DNA of 64,000 bases from a virus. Positions 33,835-44,801 of the stretch are shown here, piece by piece (position 1 is the stretch's first letter; every line of letters starts with the position of its first letter). The notes under the pieces are model-generated. The model saw only the letters and a list, made by a program, of their open reading frames with translations, was not told the DNA's origin and did not search any database. The translations under genes and the position numbers were made by a program. Location of the stretch: the IMG/VR virus record IMGVR_UViG_3300032307_000622, positions 32,001 to 96,000 of that record. One strand, given 5' to 3'.

Positions 33835-36800
33835 ATGTCTAGTCCATCTAACCTCTATGCAGAAAAGATTTTTAGTGAGCATCCACTGGCACTTTGGGCT
33901 TTAGACGATGTGGTTGACTATAAGTCATTAATTACAGAATCTGACAGGAACATTTCTCTTTGGCCAGACATTTCTGGCGGAACAGCACAGACAGTATCTG
34001 TAGTTGACGAGCCATTTCCAAATAGCGTTACAACAGAAATTACTGGAAGTTTAACAGAAAACAGTTTTGCAGAAATAGAGTGCATTAGCCCCATAACAAT
34101 TGGTGACGATGGGGTTCTCTTTTCTAGCCTAGATAGTGATTTGGGCACTTTCACAATAGGGTCATATTTTTATACAGACTCTGCCTATTTATCTAAGGTT
34201 GAAATTGGATATGAGTACTATGATACTGTATCTGGTAGCAACGTCCAAAGAACAAAATCATTTAATACTTCTGTTTCAGGCAGATGGTTCTTTGTTGCAG
34301 AAACGTTCGATATCCCAAGCGACAACTCTAGCCTAAGACTTGTTATAAAAATTGAGTATTCTGGTGGTGCAGAATCAACAAACGACTATAAGTTCTTAAT
34401 CAATGGATTATCTCTTGGCCAATGGTCAGAAAACTTTAGCTCAACATCCCTTGGCTCTCAGATAATTGACATTCCTAGCAATATTTTAATTTCTGGAAAA
34501 GCAATTGAGGCAAAGTCATATGGGCTTCAGGAAACCCCAGGGTACTATCTAATAAAGTCATCTGGGTCAATCTCCTGTAAAAATGGTGGCCTGCCAATGG
34601 TTTATGGGGCATCAAATACAACAATCTTGTCTCCAAATGAAAATAAGCCATCGCTAATTGTTCCAGGCAATGGGTTCTTAAATGATTATGGAAAGTATAA
34701 GGACTATACTGTTGAGTTTTGGATAAAGGTTTTGAATGACTCTTTAGAGCAAAAAAGAATCTTTGGTCCAATCTCTTCAAGTGACGGACTGTACGTAAAA
34801 GGCCCCTTTATTATTTTAAAAATTGGAAATTCTTATGGATCGTATTTTGTTGGTGAATGGTTTAGGCCAATGCTCATTAATATTAAATATGGCCCAACTT
34901 CAGCAGCATTGTTGATTAATGGAGAGGTTGTTATATCCTTATCTTTGTCAGAATCAGACATTAATTTTCCAGCAAAAATTAACAATCAAAAAGATCAGGA
35001 CTGGCTAGGATTTTACTCTTATGAGGATGTTCCCACAATAGAGTTGGATTGTGTGGCTATCTATCCATACCAAGTATCACAAATACTTTCAAAAAGAAGG
35101 TGGGTCTACGGCCAGGGAGTTGAGTTCCCAGAAAATATTAATGCTGCTTATAGCGGAACTTCCGTATTTATTGATTCAACATTTGCAAAGCATTCAAATA
35201 CATACTCGTACCCTGATCTAGGAAAATGGGATCAGGGGGTTGTTGATAATCTTGTTACCGAAAATGGAATTCTTTCTGTTCCAAGCTATCAGCTACCCAC
35301 TATAGCTTTTAACAATAAAAACAGAGAGACCTGGATTAGAGACATTTCATTAGTACAAAATGAAGAAAAGAACTTTATGTGTCTAAGGCCAAACTCATCT
35401 TGGACAAATACAAATGGTTATTTTCTTATTGAAAATCTTGGATTTTTAGATAAAGACGTAAAGGGATTTTATGGAGTTTTTAAACAAAAATCTAAAAATC
35501 TTAACAAGGAAATTCTTTTTGAAATAGAAGATGTAGGCACGTCAAACTACTTACAAATATCTATTGATGATAGCCAAATAGTTTATACCATGTCTTATGG
35601 GTCGCAGTTGTCAACCATCTATACTTCAGAAATTAGATATGTTGGTGAAGAGTTTTCAATTGGTCTAGACTTCAGGGCATTCTCTGAATATTTTGGTGGC
35701 AACACTGCAGCATTTTTTGGCAAAAAATCATCACTAAGGCTATATGTTGGTGGTAACAAAAAGTTTGAAAATAGCTTTAGTGGCAACATATACTCTATTG
35801 GAGTTTGTACGGAAAGAAACTTTTCTAAGATTTCACAATTTTTTAACACAAAAGGCTTGACACTTGACTATGTAGATATGTTTGGCGTTGACGGAGGAAT
35901 CCCAATAACAGAATATTGGGAGACTCTTTATGACGGCAAGATTCCAACAACTACAACTTGGGATCTACACGTTAATCCAGACAGCAACTATCCTGCACCA
36001 TCCATAGTGGCAACCCAATCCTTCGCTGACTTTATTGCAAGCTACACAGTTAAACTATTTGAGAATTTTGATAAATTCAACATAGGTGTTTCTGTAGATT
36101 CATATTGGGAAGATTACATACCGCTAACCTATATGGCAAAGTATGTTACTGATCCAAATGGTGACTCCAGATATGATCTTGATTTTATTCAATTTAATGT
36201 TAACTATCCAGCACCATCTAAATTTGTTCAGGAAGATGAGTCTAGTTCTTGGACATATGAGGAACTTAGAGAAAAGTTCTACTCTCCAGTTCAAAGAACC
36301 TATGAATCATTAGATAATCAACTATTTACTGGATATGAAAATTATAACGATTTAAAAAATAAATCATTCAAAACTTATAAATACGATACCTTCGGAGCAC
36401 AGGTCAGAACCTTTATAACATTCCAGTATTTGGCTTCAGGAGCAAATGCACCCTATAGCTATTTTACAAATACAATAAGGCCAGATAAGGACGGTACTCT
36501 CGTGCCTGGGTCATACGTTATAGGCTATGACGAAGATAGCAACCCAATCTATGACAGCTTTGAAAATACGATGTACGAGGTTGTTGACAATATGGTTATC
36601 TATCCTCCAAAACATATAGACTTTAACGAACTAGCAATCGTTACACATATGGACATTGTCGTTGATGATATTGTTAGTCATCCAGTTCGAATAAGAAAGT
36701 TGCAATATGCGTCTCAGGCACTAAATGATTCAGTGCCAACAATGATTGGTACAAAGTTTGGTACAGAAATTTACCCATACAGAAAAACTGGCGTGTATTT

Positions 36801-37602
36801 TGACTACAAAAACCTCAACCCTTTTACAACATACAGAGGATCTAGCCCATACCTGTACATGACAAGAAATAGCGGAATTGAGCTTAGAGGTAGATTCGAT
36901 CCTCTTATTAATCGTGGTATAAAGATTCCTATAAATGCTACTAAGTCATCAGAGTACAGGGTAATTGCTATGCAAATGGCCATGCGGTATGACCAAGACT
37001 TTTTCCCATATTCGCCAATGCAGATTTTTGAAATAGAGTCAAAAAACTCTATAATTAAGTTTTACATGGTGTCTGTTCACCCTCAGGGCAAGAGGGCAAA
37101 GATTTATGCAATTAACTCTAGAACTGGAAGACTAGAAAATGGAATCTCTTTTTACTGGAATGGCAAAATCGTAAAAGAGCCAGTCCTAACAGTGAAAGAA
37201 TGGGGAATGCTGGGAATTGGATTCTCCAACAGTTTGATCTATGACAGGTATTTTGGAGGAATAAGGATTACTGGTCCAATTTTAATAAACAGTATTTCTC
37301 ACTACAAGAGCACAAGCCTACAAGAAGTTCAGCAAGTAACTACCAGGCCATGGTTTAAGGTTCGCTCAGTGGGACTAACTGAGTTTGACTGGCAATTCTG
37401 GGAGTCTTCCTATATCTGGAATGGTGTTTTGGTACTATCCTCAACAAGCTACTATGGGGTTGGCCCAGAAGATATCTATAAGACCTATACTGGAACAAAC
37501 AAGATTATCGTTGATGATGAAAGAGTCTTTAGTCTTGGCAACTATGAGTATAGAGCATTAAATAACGTTATTTGGCAATCCAATGTGCTAAATGCGGTAT
37601 AA
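33835..37602 (+). CDS. Large virion protein (LamG/concanavalin-like segments)
   Basis: P.ALWALDD N-terminus; YTVEFW motif; 1255 aa. Confidence 0.65.
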   Translation: MSSPSNLYAEKIFSEHPLALWALDDVVDYKSLITESDRNISLWPDISGGTAQTVSVVDEPFPNSVTTEITGSLTENSFAEIECISPITIGDDGVLFSSLDSDLGTFTIGSYFYTDSAYLSKVEIGYEYYDTVSGSNVQRTKSFNTSVSGRWFFVAETFDIPSDNSSLRLVIKIEYSGGAESTNDYKFLINGLSLGQWSENFSSTSLGSQIIDIPSNILISGKAIEAKSYGLQETPGYYLIKSSGSISCKNGGLPMVYGASNTTILSPNENKPSLIVPGNGFLNDYGKYKDYTVEFWIKVLNDSLEQKRIFGPISSSDGLYVKGPFIILKIGNSYGSYFVGEWFRPMLINIKYGPTSAALLINGEVVISLSLSESDINFPAKINNQKDQDWLGFYSYEDVPTIELDCVAIYPYQVSQILSKRRWVYGQGVEFPENINAAYSGTSVFIDSTFAKHSNTYSYPDLGKWDQGVVDNLVTENGILSVPSYQLPTIAFNNKNRETWIRDISLVQNEEKNFMCLRPNSSWTNTNGYFLIENLGFLDKDVKGFYGVFKQKSKNLNKEILFEIEDVGTSNYLQISIDDSQIVYTMSYGSQLSTIYTSEIRYVGEEFSIGLDFRAFSEYFGGNTAAFFGKKSSLRLYVGGNKKFENSFSGNIYSIGVCTERNFSKISQFFNTKGLTLDYVDMFGVDGGIPITEYWETLYDGKIPTTTTWDLHVNPDSNYPAPSIVATQSFADFIASYTVKLFENFDKFNIGVSVDSYWEDYIPLTYMAKYVTDPNGDSRYDLDFIQFNVNYPAPSKFVQEDESSSWTYEELREKFYSPVQRTYESLDNQLFTGYENYNDLKNKSFKTYKYDTFGAQVRTFITFQYLASGANAPYSYFTNTIRPDKDGTLVPGSYVIGYDEDSNPIYDSFENTMYEVVDNMVIYPPKHIDFNELAIVTHMDIVVDDIVSHPVRIRKLQYASQALNDSVPTMIGTKFGTEIYPYRKTGVYFDYKNLNPFTTYRGSSPYLYMTRNSGIELRGRFDPLINRGIKIPINATKSSEYRVIAMQMAMRYDQDFFPYSPMQIFEIESKNSIIKFYMVSVHPQGKRAKIYAINSRTGRLENGISFYWNGKIVKEPVLTVKEWGMLGIGFSNSLIYDRYFGGIRITGPILINSISHYKSTSLQEVQQVTTRPWFKVRSVGLTEFDWQFWESSYIWNGVLVLSSTSYYGVGPEDIYKTYTGTNKIIVDDERVFSLGNYEYRALNNVIWQSNVLNAV

Positions 37603-37620
37603 TGTGGTATACTAATGGTT

Positions 37621-37998
37621 ATGAATTCTGAAAAAGAACAATTTCCTGGTCAAGTTGGTGACTCTAAGGTAACAATTTTAGATAAGCAGTATGACTGGGG
37701 TATCTATTTCTGGAAGAAGGCTAACGGCAAGCCTTTTACAGATGGTCATGGAAACGTATTAAACATACCGTCCCATAGGGGTGACGCACTTCAGATTCAT
37801 AAATTGGTTCAGGAAGCTACGGCTCTTGGACAAGGGGATGGCTCATATGAGTTTATGCCAGGCGTGTCAAGAGTGTCTGATGAAGAGTATAGCGAACAGG
37901 TTGATAGGATGAAGCAGGGTCTGATTCCAAACCTGAATGACATAGGAGCAGTCATGGCAGCAAAAGAAACATTCGACAAGTATGGAAGTGACGATTAA
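37621..37998 (+). CDS. Conserved hypothetical protein upstream of the portal
   Basis: ORF track; leaderless start. Confidence 0.75.
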   Translation: MNSEKEQFPGQVGDSKVTILDKQYDWGIYFWKKANGKPFTDGHGNVLNIPSHRGDALQIHKLVQEATALGQGDGSYEFMPGVSRVSDEEYSEQVDRMKQGLIPNLNDIGAVMAAKETFDKYGSDD

Positions 37999-39626
37999 TG
38001 TCAGAACAGCACTACATTAGAGATCTTGGTTTGGCAGAACTTGACGAAGAGGTTAATGCTTTTAAGGATCAAGATCCATTTGCCAAGCACTGGGACAGCC
38101 TAAAGCTATTTTCAGGACTAGACAAGAACTTTAAGCGTAGGTCAGACAGAATCGCAAAGGCAGATGTTTCTGCAATCGGCAACAATGTCGATACGACTAA
38201 TCAGAGATATCAGGATAGTGCAAAGACTGTAAGTCGTGGTATTGACGGTGCATACTCAAAAGAAATTAACCCTGGAATCGTATATCGTAACGGATATGGC
38301 ATGTTTGATGTCATTACTCCACCATGGAATCTTTATGAGCTAGCAAACTACTACGACACATCATTTGCCAACCACGCTGCTATTGATGCAAAGGTTGAGA
38401 ACATTGTTGGCCTTGGATATGAGTTTAAAGAAACTCAAAGAACCCTTATGGCCTTGGAGTCATCTACCAATGAGTCTGCTACAGAAAAAGCACGAAAGAG
38501 AATAGAACGTGCTAAAGTAGAAATGCGTGAATGGCTAGAGAGCCTAAACGATGATGACTCTTTTATCGTAACAATGGAAAAAGTTTTTACTGACGTTCAA
38601 GCGACTGGAAATGGCTATCTAGAGGTTGGTAGAACTGTCAGTGGCAAAATTGGATACCTTGGTCACATTCCATCAACCACAATGCGTGTCCGCAGATTGC
38701 GTGATGGATTTGTACAAATTATTGGGCAGAAGGTTGTTTATTTTAGAAACTTTGGGGCAAAGAATCAAAACCCACTAACTACTGATCCAAGACCAAACGA
38801 GATCATTCACTTTAAGCAGTATTCACCACTAAATACTTTTTATGGTGTTCCAGATATCATGTCTGCTATTTCATCACTGCATGGAGATCAGTTGGCATCA
38901 CAATACAACATTGACTACTTTGGAAACAAGGCTGTTCCAAGGTATGTTGTGACACTAAAGGGTGCAAAGCTATCTGAAGAAGCTGAGGATAAGATGTTCA
39001 GGTTCCTACAGACAAGCCTAAAGGGCTCTAGCCACAGAACCTTGTACATTCCATTGCCAGCAGACTCTGACACCAACAAGGTTGAGTTTAAAATGGAACC
39101 AATTGAAAATGGAGTACAGGAGGCATCGTTTAATGAATACCGCATTCGAAACCGTGACGATATTTTGGTTGCACATCAAGTTCCGCTTTCCAAAATCGGC
39201 GGAGGCGATTCATCAGCTATCGCAGCTGCTTTAGCACAGGATAGGACCTTTAAGGAACAGGTCGCAAGACCAGCACAAAGAAATCTGGAAAAGCTAATCA
39301 ATAAAATTGTTAAGGAGCAGACCGATATTCTAGAGCTCAAGTTTAACGAGCTCACCCTGACTGATGAAATTGCACAGTCTCAAATACTTGAACGCTACGT
39401 TAAGAATCAGATTATGGTTCCTAATGAAGCTAGAACGATTCTTGGATTGCCACAAAGGGCGGACGGAGATGAGCCGCTAGAGCTTAGTGCCAGGGCTGCA
39501 GCTGATGCCAAGGGAAATATGGCTGGATCCAAGACAAGGGATTCTGAAAGGGCAAACAACTCTTCAGATAATACTGCGACCATCTCTGGTCGTAATCCAA
39601 AGGGAGAGGGAAGATCTTCTCAGTAA
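37998..39626 (+). CDS. Portal protein
   Basis: TGNGYLE, EIIHFK.YSP...YGVP, YF.N.AVP motifs; position. Confidence 0.9.
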   Translation: MSEQHYIRDLGLAELDEEVNAFKDQDPFAKHWDSLKLFSGLDKNFKRRSDRIAKADVSAIGNNVDTTNQRYQDSAKTVSRGIDGAYSKEINPGIVYRNGYGMFDVITPPWNLYELANYYDTSFANHAAIDAKVENIVGLGYEFKETQRTLMALESSTNESATEKARKRIERAKVEMREWLESLNDDDSFIVTMEKVFTDVQATGNGYLEVGRTVSGKIGYLGHIPSTTMRVRRLRDGFVQIIGQKVVYFRNFGAKNQNPLTTDPRPNEIIHFKQYSPLNTFYGVPDIMSAISSLHGDQLASQYNIDYFGNKAVPRYVVTLKGAKLSEEAEDKMFRFLQTSLKGSSHRTLYIPLPADSDTNKVEFKMEPIENGVQEASFNEYRIRNRDDILVAHQVPLSKIGGGDSSAIAAALAQDRTFKEQVARPAQRNLEKLINKIVKEQTDILELKFNELTLTDEIAQSQILERYVKNQIMVPNEARTILGLPQRADGDEPLELSARAAADAKGNMAGSKTRDSERANNSSDNTATISGRNPKGEGRSSQ

Positions 39627-39689
39627 TTTGTTAATAACTTATTCACATAGTTATTAACATGTTATAAAAGGAGGTATAATTAAACTACC

Positions 39690-41042
39690 ATGACTATAGC
39701 AAAGGCACAGTGGAATTCTGAGGGCGATCTCGTTCGCCTATCCATGCCATTCTCTAAAGTAGATAAAGAGCGTAGAATCGTCTCTGGATTTGCCACACTT
39801 GACAATGTGGACAGACAAAAGGATATTGTCACATCTGAAGCTTCTTTGAAGGCCTTCTCAAAATTCCGTGGCAACATTAGAGAAATGCACCAACCACTAG
39901 CTGTTGGTAAAATGGTAGCTTTTAAAGAAGACAAGTACTTTGACCCAGAGTCAAAAAAGTTTTATTCTGGAGTATATGTTTCTGCATATGTTTCAAAGGG
40001 TGCTCAGGATACCTGGGAAAAGGTTCTAGATGGTACCCTGTCTGGTTTTTCTATTGGTGGAAAAATGAATAAGTGGGATGACGCTTATGACGAAAAGATG
40101 GACTCTACTATTCGAATTATTAAGGAATACGATCTAGTGGAACTATCACTAGTAGACACTCCAGCAAATCAGTTTGCAAATATTTTATCTGTTGAGAAAG
40201 TTGACGGTGTAGATGTGATAAAGGGTGATGGAGTAAATACAGAAATTGAAAATGTTTTCTGGGATCCAGAATCTCAAATTGTTATGCTATCTGAAAAAGA
40301 AGTTGAAATGAGTCCCACTTCTGGAGCCCCAATGCAGAATATAGGTTTCGTTGAGAAAAACGATAACGAAAAAACAGAAATGGTAAAATTCTTAGTTGAT
40401 AGTGCTAAAGGCATTAATACAATTGAGATTAAGAAGGAGGCAAGTCCTATGACTGAAGAAAATACTACTGCAGCTGAAGATGCTGCGGTTGAAAAGTCAC
40501 AAGAGGTCGCTCCAGAGGCAGAGGCCGTTGCTGAGGATGTTGTAAAGACAGACGAAGCTGAGGTTGCCAAGACAGATGACATGGATGAAGATGACAAAGA
40601 GGAAGAGTCCGAAGATGAAGACATGGACAAGTCCGCAAAGAAGTCTAAGGACATGGAAGAAGACAAGTCATATGATGACAAGAAGTCTGAAACTGTTGAT
40701 GCAGCTGAAGAGGTATCTAAGTCAGACGATGCACTTGAAACTGCAGTTGCAGATATCAAGTCAACCGTTACCAAAGCCTTTAGCGATCTAACAGCAGTTG
40801 TTCAAGCTCAGGCTGAGCAGATTGCTGAACTACACAAATCTCTAGCTACAGTAAAGAATGAGGTAACTGCAAGCAAGGATGTGTTTAATGAGTTTGGAAA
40901 GAGGGTTGATGCTGTTGAGGCTGACACCGCTTTCCGTAAGTCTGGTGATCTAGGCGAGATCATTCAGGAAACTCAACCAGAACAGGTTGAGAAATCCCTA
41001 TGGGGCGGTCGTTTCCTCAAAACTGCCGATTTATTTAGATAA
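39690..41042 (+). CDS. HK97-type prohead protease with acidic scaffold-like C-terminus
   Basis: GFAT.DN.D, IREMH, GFSIGG, ELSLVD.PAN. Confidence 0.9.
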   Translation: MTIAKAQWNSEGDLVRLSMPFSKVDKERRIVSGFATLDNVDRQKDIVTSEASLKAFSKFRGNIREMHQPLAVGKMVAFKEDKYFDPESKKFYSGVYVSAYVSKGAQDTWEKVLDGTLSGFSIGGKMNKWDDAYDEKMDSTIRIIKEYDLVELSLVDTPANQFANILSVEKVDGVDVIKGDGVNTEIENVFWDPESQIVMLSEKEVEMSPTSGAPMQNIGFVEKNDNEKTEMVKFLVDSAKGINTIEIKKEASPMTEENTTAAEDAAVEKSQEVAPEAEAVAEDVVKTDEAEVAKTDDMDEDDKEEESEDEDMDKSAKKSKDMEEDKSYDDKKSETVDAAEEVSKSDDALETAVADIKSTVTKAFSDLTAVVQAQAEQIAELHKSLATVKNEVTASKDVFNEFGKRVDAVEADTAFRKSGDLGEIIQETQPEQVEKSLWGGRFLKTADLFR

Positions 41043-41065
41043 AAATCACTTAGGAGGTGACAATT

Positions 41066-42208
41066 ATGTCGGAAGAAATTATTAAGAATCAGCCAGGAGA
41101 GTCTGGCGAGCTAGGAGGCACAGCTCCTGGTCTATATCAAGGACAGGGTGCTTTTGCATCTGGTTCAGACGCAGGTGCTAACATTCCTGGTAACTATACT
41201 AATGGTGGTGTTGTTAACAACATCCCAAATGCTGAGCTAGGTCTTACATCTGGTCCAAACGCTGTTAACCCTTCAGGTGATGCAGGCAGTGGTATCCTAC
41301 GCCCTGAACAGGCACGTCGTTTTATTGACTACGTGTGGGATGCAACAGTTCTCGCCAAGGATGGCCGCCGTGTAACCATGAGAGCCAACACAATGGAGCT
41401 TGAGAAGGTTAACGTTGGAGAGCGTGTAATTCGTGCAGCTGCACAGGCTCTGGGTAACTACGAAAACACTGGTGCTCAGTTCACCAAGGTAGAACTTACA
41501 ACCAAGAAGATTCGTCTTGACTGGGAAGTATCTGCTGAAGCTCTAGAAGACGGAATTGAAGGAGGTGCACTCGAAGACCACCTTGTACGTTTGATGACAA
41601 ACGCATTTGCGAATGACATTGAAGATCTAGCGATCAACGGTACAGGAACTGGAAACGATGCATTCCTTTCAATTATGAACGGATTCGTAAACCAGGCTAA
41701 GACTGGTGACGCACACGAGTCTGTTGTAACCGTAGCTGACAATGCTTGGACTCCAGAGGTAATGCAAAACATTATCTTGGCAATGCCACGTAAGTACCGT
41801 GCACTTAAGAACAACCTTAAGTTCTACGCTGGTACTGACGCATTCCAGGGAATCATCAAGCACAACGGTACCCTAGCTGACGCTATTGCTGAAGCATTTG
41901 CTGGAACTCCAGCAGGTACCCCAGCTAACCGTCAGGCTTACCTAGATGGTACTGGACAGACTTTCGGTGGAGCACGTACTACTCGTGTTCTAGGTGTAGA
42001 TGTTCAGGAAGTTCCTTACTACCCTGCAGGTTATGTAGACCTTACATTCCCTCAGAACCGTGTATGGGGTTTCCAGCGTGACATCACAGTAAACCGTGAG
42101 TACAAGCCAAAGAAGGACACCATTGAGTACACCGTATTCGTACGCTTTGGTATCACTTGGGAAGAAGAGGATGCAATTGCATTCGCAGATGCAGGAGCAG
42201 ACAGCTAG
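41066..42208 (+). CDS. Major capsid protein
   Basis: GILRPEQA..FID, LED.IEG, DIEDLAING; strong RBS, codon bias, terminator. Confidence 0.92.
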   Translation: MSEEIIKNQPGESGELGGTAPGLYQGQGAFASGSDAGANIPGNYTNGGVVNNIPNAELGLTSGPNAVNPSGDAGSGILRPEQARRFIDYVWDATVLAKDGRRVTMRANTMELEKVNVGERVIRAAAQALGNYENTGAQFTKVELTTKKIRLDWEVSAEALEDGIEGGALEDHLVRLMTNAFANDIEDLAINGTGTGNDAFLSIMNGFVNQAKTGDAHESVVTVADNAWTPEVMQNIILAMPRKYRALKNNLKFYAGTDAFQGIIKHNGTLADAIAEAFAGTPAGTPANRQAYLDGTGQTFGGARTTRVLGVDVQEVPYYPAGYVDLTFPQNRVWGFQRDITVNREYKPKKDTIEYTVFVRFGITWEEEDAIAFADAGADS

Positions 42209-42228
42209 TCTGTAACTGAATTCCTTTT

Positions 42229-42263
42229 AGGGGGCAGGAGTTTTTTGGCTCCTGCCCTCTTTT
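42229..42263 (+). terminator. Intrinsic terminator after the capsid gene
   Basis: AGGGGGCAGGAG/CTCCTGCCCTCT stem followed by T-run. Confidence 0.8.
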
Positions 42264-42298
42264 CAATATCTGTTATAATTATAGTTTAGGAGGTTATT

Positions 42299-42766
42299 AT
42301 GTCTGAAAATACAAATAACGAAGATGTCGTACCAGCAATGCTAGAGCCAGGTGAAGCAGTCATTCCACTAGAATATGCAAAAAAGAATGAAGATGCTATC
42401 AATAGCCTAGTCGAGAAGTACAAAGAGTCTGTAGAAGTTGCAGAAGCTAAGGAAGCAGAAGAAGATAATATTGTATCTGCTCCAGAGCCAGTAGAAGAAA
42501 AGCCAGCACTTGGCTTTGTGGCAAACGGTGTCATGGGATCAACCACTGTACCAGCTAAGTCTCAAAAGAAAGAGACTGTTGTAAAGAAGAAGGAAAAGAA
42601 GGATATCACAGCAGTTTACTCCACAAGGAATGTAACCTGGAATGGTGTCGGAAAAGTCTACATTGGATACAACATTGTTACAAAAGAAGCAGCTGACAAG
42701 TGGGCAACTCGTGACCACATCCGCATTGCAACTCCAGAAGAGGTTGCTAGGGAGTACGGCGTATAA
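42299..42766 (+). CDS. Hypothetical head-associated protein
   Basis: ORF track; AGGAGG RBS. Confidence 0.75.
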   Translation: MSENTNNEDVVPAMLEPGEAVIPLEYAKKNEDAINSLVEKYKESVEVAEAKEAEEDNIVSAPEPVEEKPALGFVANGVMGSTTVPAKSQKKETVVKKKEKKDITAVYSTRNVTWNGVGKVYIGYNIVTKEAADKWATRDHIRIATPEEVAREYGV

Positions 42767-43681
42767 ATGGAGATTTTGAGAGTCGCTGAGAATATTAGCT
42801 CAAATGGAATTGGGGTTACGATTCAGGTACCAGGAACACACTCTGAAAGAGAGCATGTTCTGACGATAACTGATCTCAGCGATCTCTCTATCTCTACATC
42901 AATCATTGACACTTCTGGCGGTAGCCAGCTTACTTTCTATCTTGATCCTAGGTATGATGCATCTTACTCAGTTGATCTATCATTAGAAAATGTATCAATC
43001 TTTTCAGAATCTTATGATTTGATTAGACCATATGTAAATCCAAATAGCATGGGGTCTACTGCATCAGAAATAGCAGAATACAAGAAGTGGGAAATTATAG
43101 CTAGAACCATAATTGACAATTATGCAGAGGGCGTTGATTTCTATAACAAGAAGTCAGTTTATCAAACTAGAGGGTCAAATGCTGACTATATGCCAGTATG
43201 GAAAAATGCCAATTCGGTATTAAAGGTTTACGAAAACAATATTCTAATATATGATATTAATGACCCAGATTCCTATGCAGATGAGTTCCGCATAACTCTA
43301 GATAAGTCTGCAATATACAGAGTTGAGTCTGGAGAGGCCAACAGAATATCATCTCCAACAATAAAGCTACCAGCTAGCAGCGGAGATATTGCAACTGCTA
43401 TTTTTAACTACGGAACTTTCCCAGAACGATATGACTACACCTTTATTCTTGATGAGGGCTTTTCAAGTCTGCCAACAGATATCGTCTACGCTACAGAGAT
43501 GCTGATAGATGATCTTAAATGCGGTAAGCTTGACTACTACCAGAGATATGTCACATCTTACAACACTGACCAATTTAGAATTCAATTCGATAAGAGCATG
43601 TTAGAGGGAACAGGAAATATAGTAGTCGATAAGATACTTGACAAGTATGCTAAGCCTATTAAAAAAGTCGGAGTATTGTAA
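42767..43681 (+). CDS. Putative head-tail adaptor
   Basis: Position; C-terminal TGN..VDKIL..Y. Confidence 0.65.
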   Translation: MEILRVAENISSNGIGVTIQVPGTHSEREHVLTITDLSDLSISTSIIDTSGGSQLTFYLDPRYDASYSVDLSLENVSIFSESYDLIRPYVNPNSMGSTASEIAEYKKWEIIARTIIDNYAEGVDFYNKKSVYQTRGSNADYMPVWKNANSVLKVYENNILIYDINDPDSYADEFRITLDKSAIYRVESGEANRISSPTIKLPASSGDIATAIFNYGTFPERYDYTFILDEGFSSLPTDIVYATEMLIDDLKCGKLDYYQRYVTSYNTDQFRIQFDKSMLEGTGNIVVDKILDKYAKPIKKVGVL

Positions 43682-44130
43682 TGGCTGTTTGCGAAACCCC
43701 AGACTTCATCTACCCAATGACAATGAATATTTTTTATCCCATAGTTGAGCAAGGCCCCTATGGTAATGTGAAAAGACAATGGATGCACGACAAGACTGCT
43801 GTTTGCAGTTTGTCTTCAGGTAGCGGAACTTCGACAGAAGAAGTTAAGCCAAACATTAATATTACGCAAGATACTATAATTGTTGGAAGAGTTAAAAGCG
43901 ACATAAGGGTTTCTTCAAAAAAGGAAAACAATAGCATAAATAACATTCTTGTTACAAATATTTGTGATAGATCTGGAAACAGTATTTATAGCGAAACTGC
44001 TGGTCCACGTGCTGGCAAACCAACCCTGTTTGAGGTAGCCTCTAATGAACCAGTTGTCGGACCATTTGGATTAGTAGAGTACTACAAGGTAGTTTTACGC
44101 AGGTCTGAGAATCAGGCGGTAGAGATATGA
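43681..44130 (+). CDS. Putative head-tail stopper
   Basis: Position and size. Confidence 0.6.
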   Translation: MAVCETPDFIYPMTMNIFYPIVEQGPYGNVKRQWMHDKTAVCSLSSGSGTSTEEVKPNINITQDTIIVGRVKSDIRVSSKKENNSINNILVTNICDRSGNSIYSETAGPRAGKPTLFEVASNEPVVGPFGLVEYYKVVLRRSENQAVEI

Positions 44131-44801
44131 AGATGAGAACTGACGATTCGGTTTTTATGAAAGATATGCAGAACATCATTGATTACTCAATAGGCTTTCT
44201 AGATGGCGTACAAAGAGGAAAGAATAGGTTTTTTGAAAACCTTGGCAAAAAGACTATTGACTCAGTTAAAAACTATGTAGATACTATGGCAAAGGTTGAT
44301 GACCAATTGCTACAGCATGTTTATGAGTGGGGCATGTCTGGAAGTCCAGATGCAAGGCTTTTTGACCTAGACTATTCAATAAGAAATAATGGTCTCTCAA
44401 TTGGTTCAACGTTTAAGCAATCTACTTCTGTAAAGGCTGGATCCAATGTTCCTTTTTATGACAAGGCAAGAATTATGGAAGAAGGCATTCCAGTAACAAT
44501 TCGTCCAAAAACTGCAAAGACGCTCGTTTTTGATGTAAATGGGGAAACAGTTTTTTCAAAAGGTCCAGTCAACGTTGTTAATCCAGGTGGTATGGCAGCC
44601 CAGGGTGGACTTCAAAAAACACTAGATAGATTCTTTGATGTATACTTTAGTCAAGCCTTCTTGTACTCAAGCGGTATCTCTGACTATCTAAAGAAGCCTA
44701 GCCTCTATAAGAAAAATATTAATGCAGGTAAGCGTGGAGGAAGAGCCACTGGAATATCTACAGGGTATAGATGGATAGCTAACGCAGGAGCAGAAGCATG
44801 A
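44127..44801 (+). CDS. Putative neck/tail-completion protein
   Basis: Position; MEEG...IRPK.AK.LVF. Confidence 0.55.
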   Translation: MKMRTDDSVFMKDMQNIIDYSIGFLDGVQRGKNRFFENLGKKTIDSVKNYVDTMAKVDDQLLQHVYEWGMSGSPDARLFDLDYSIRNNGLSIGSTFKQSTSVKAGSNVPFYDKARIMEEGIPVTIRPKTAKTLVFDVNGETVFSKGPVNVVNPGGMAAQGGLQKTLDRFFDVYFSQAFLYSSGISDYLKKPSLYKKNINAGKRGGRATGISTGYRWIANAGAEA

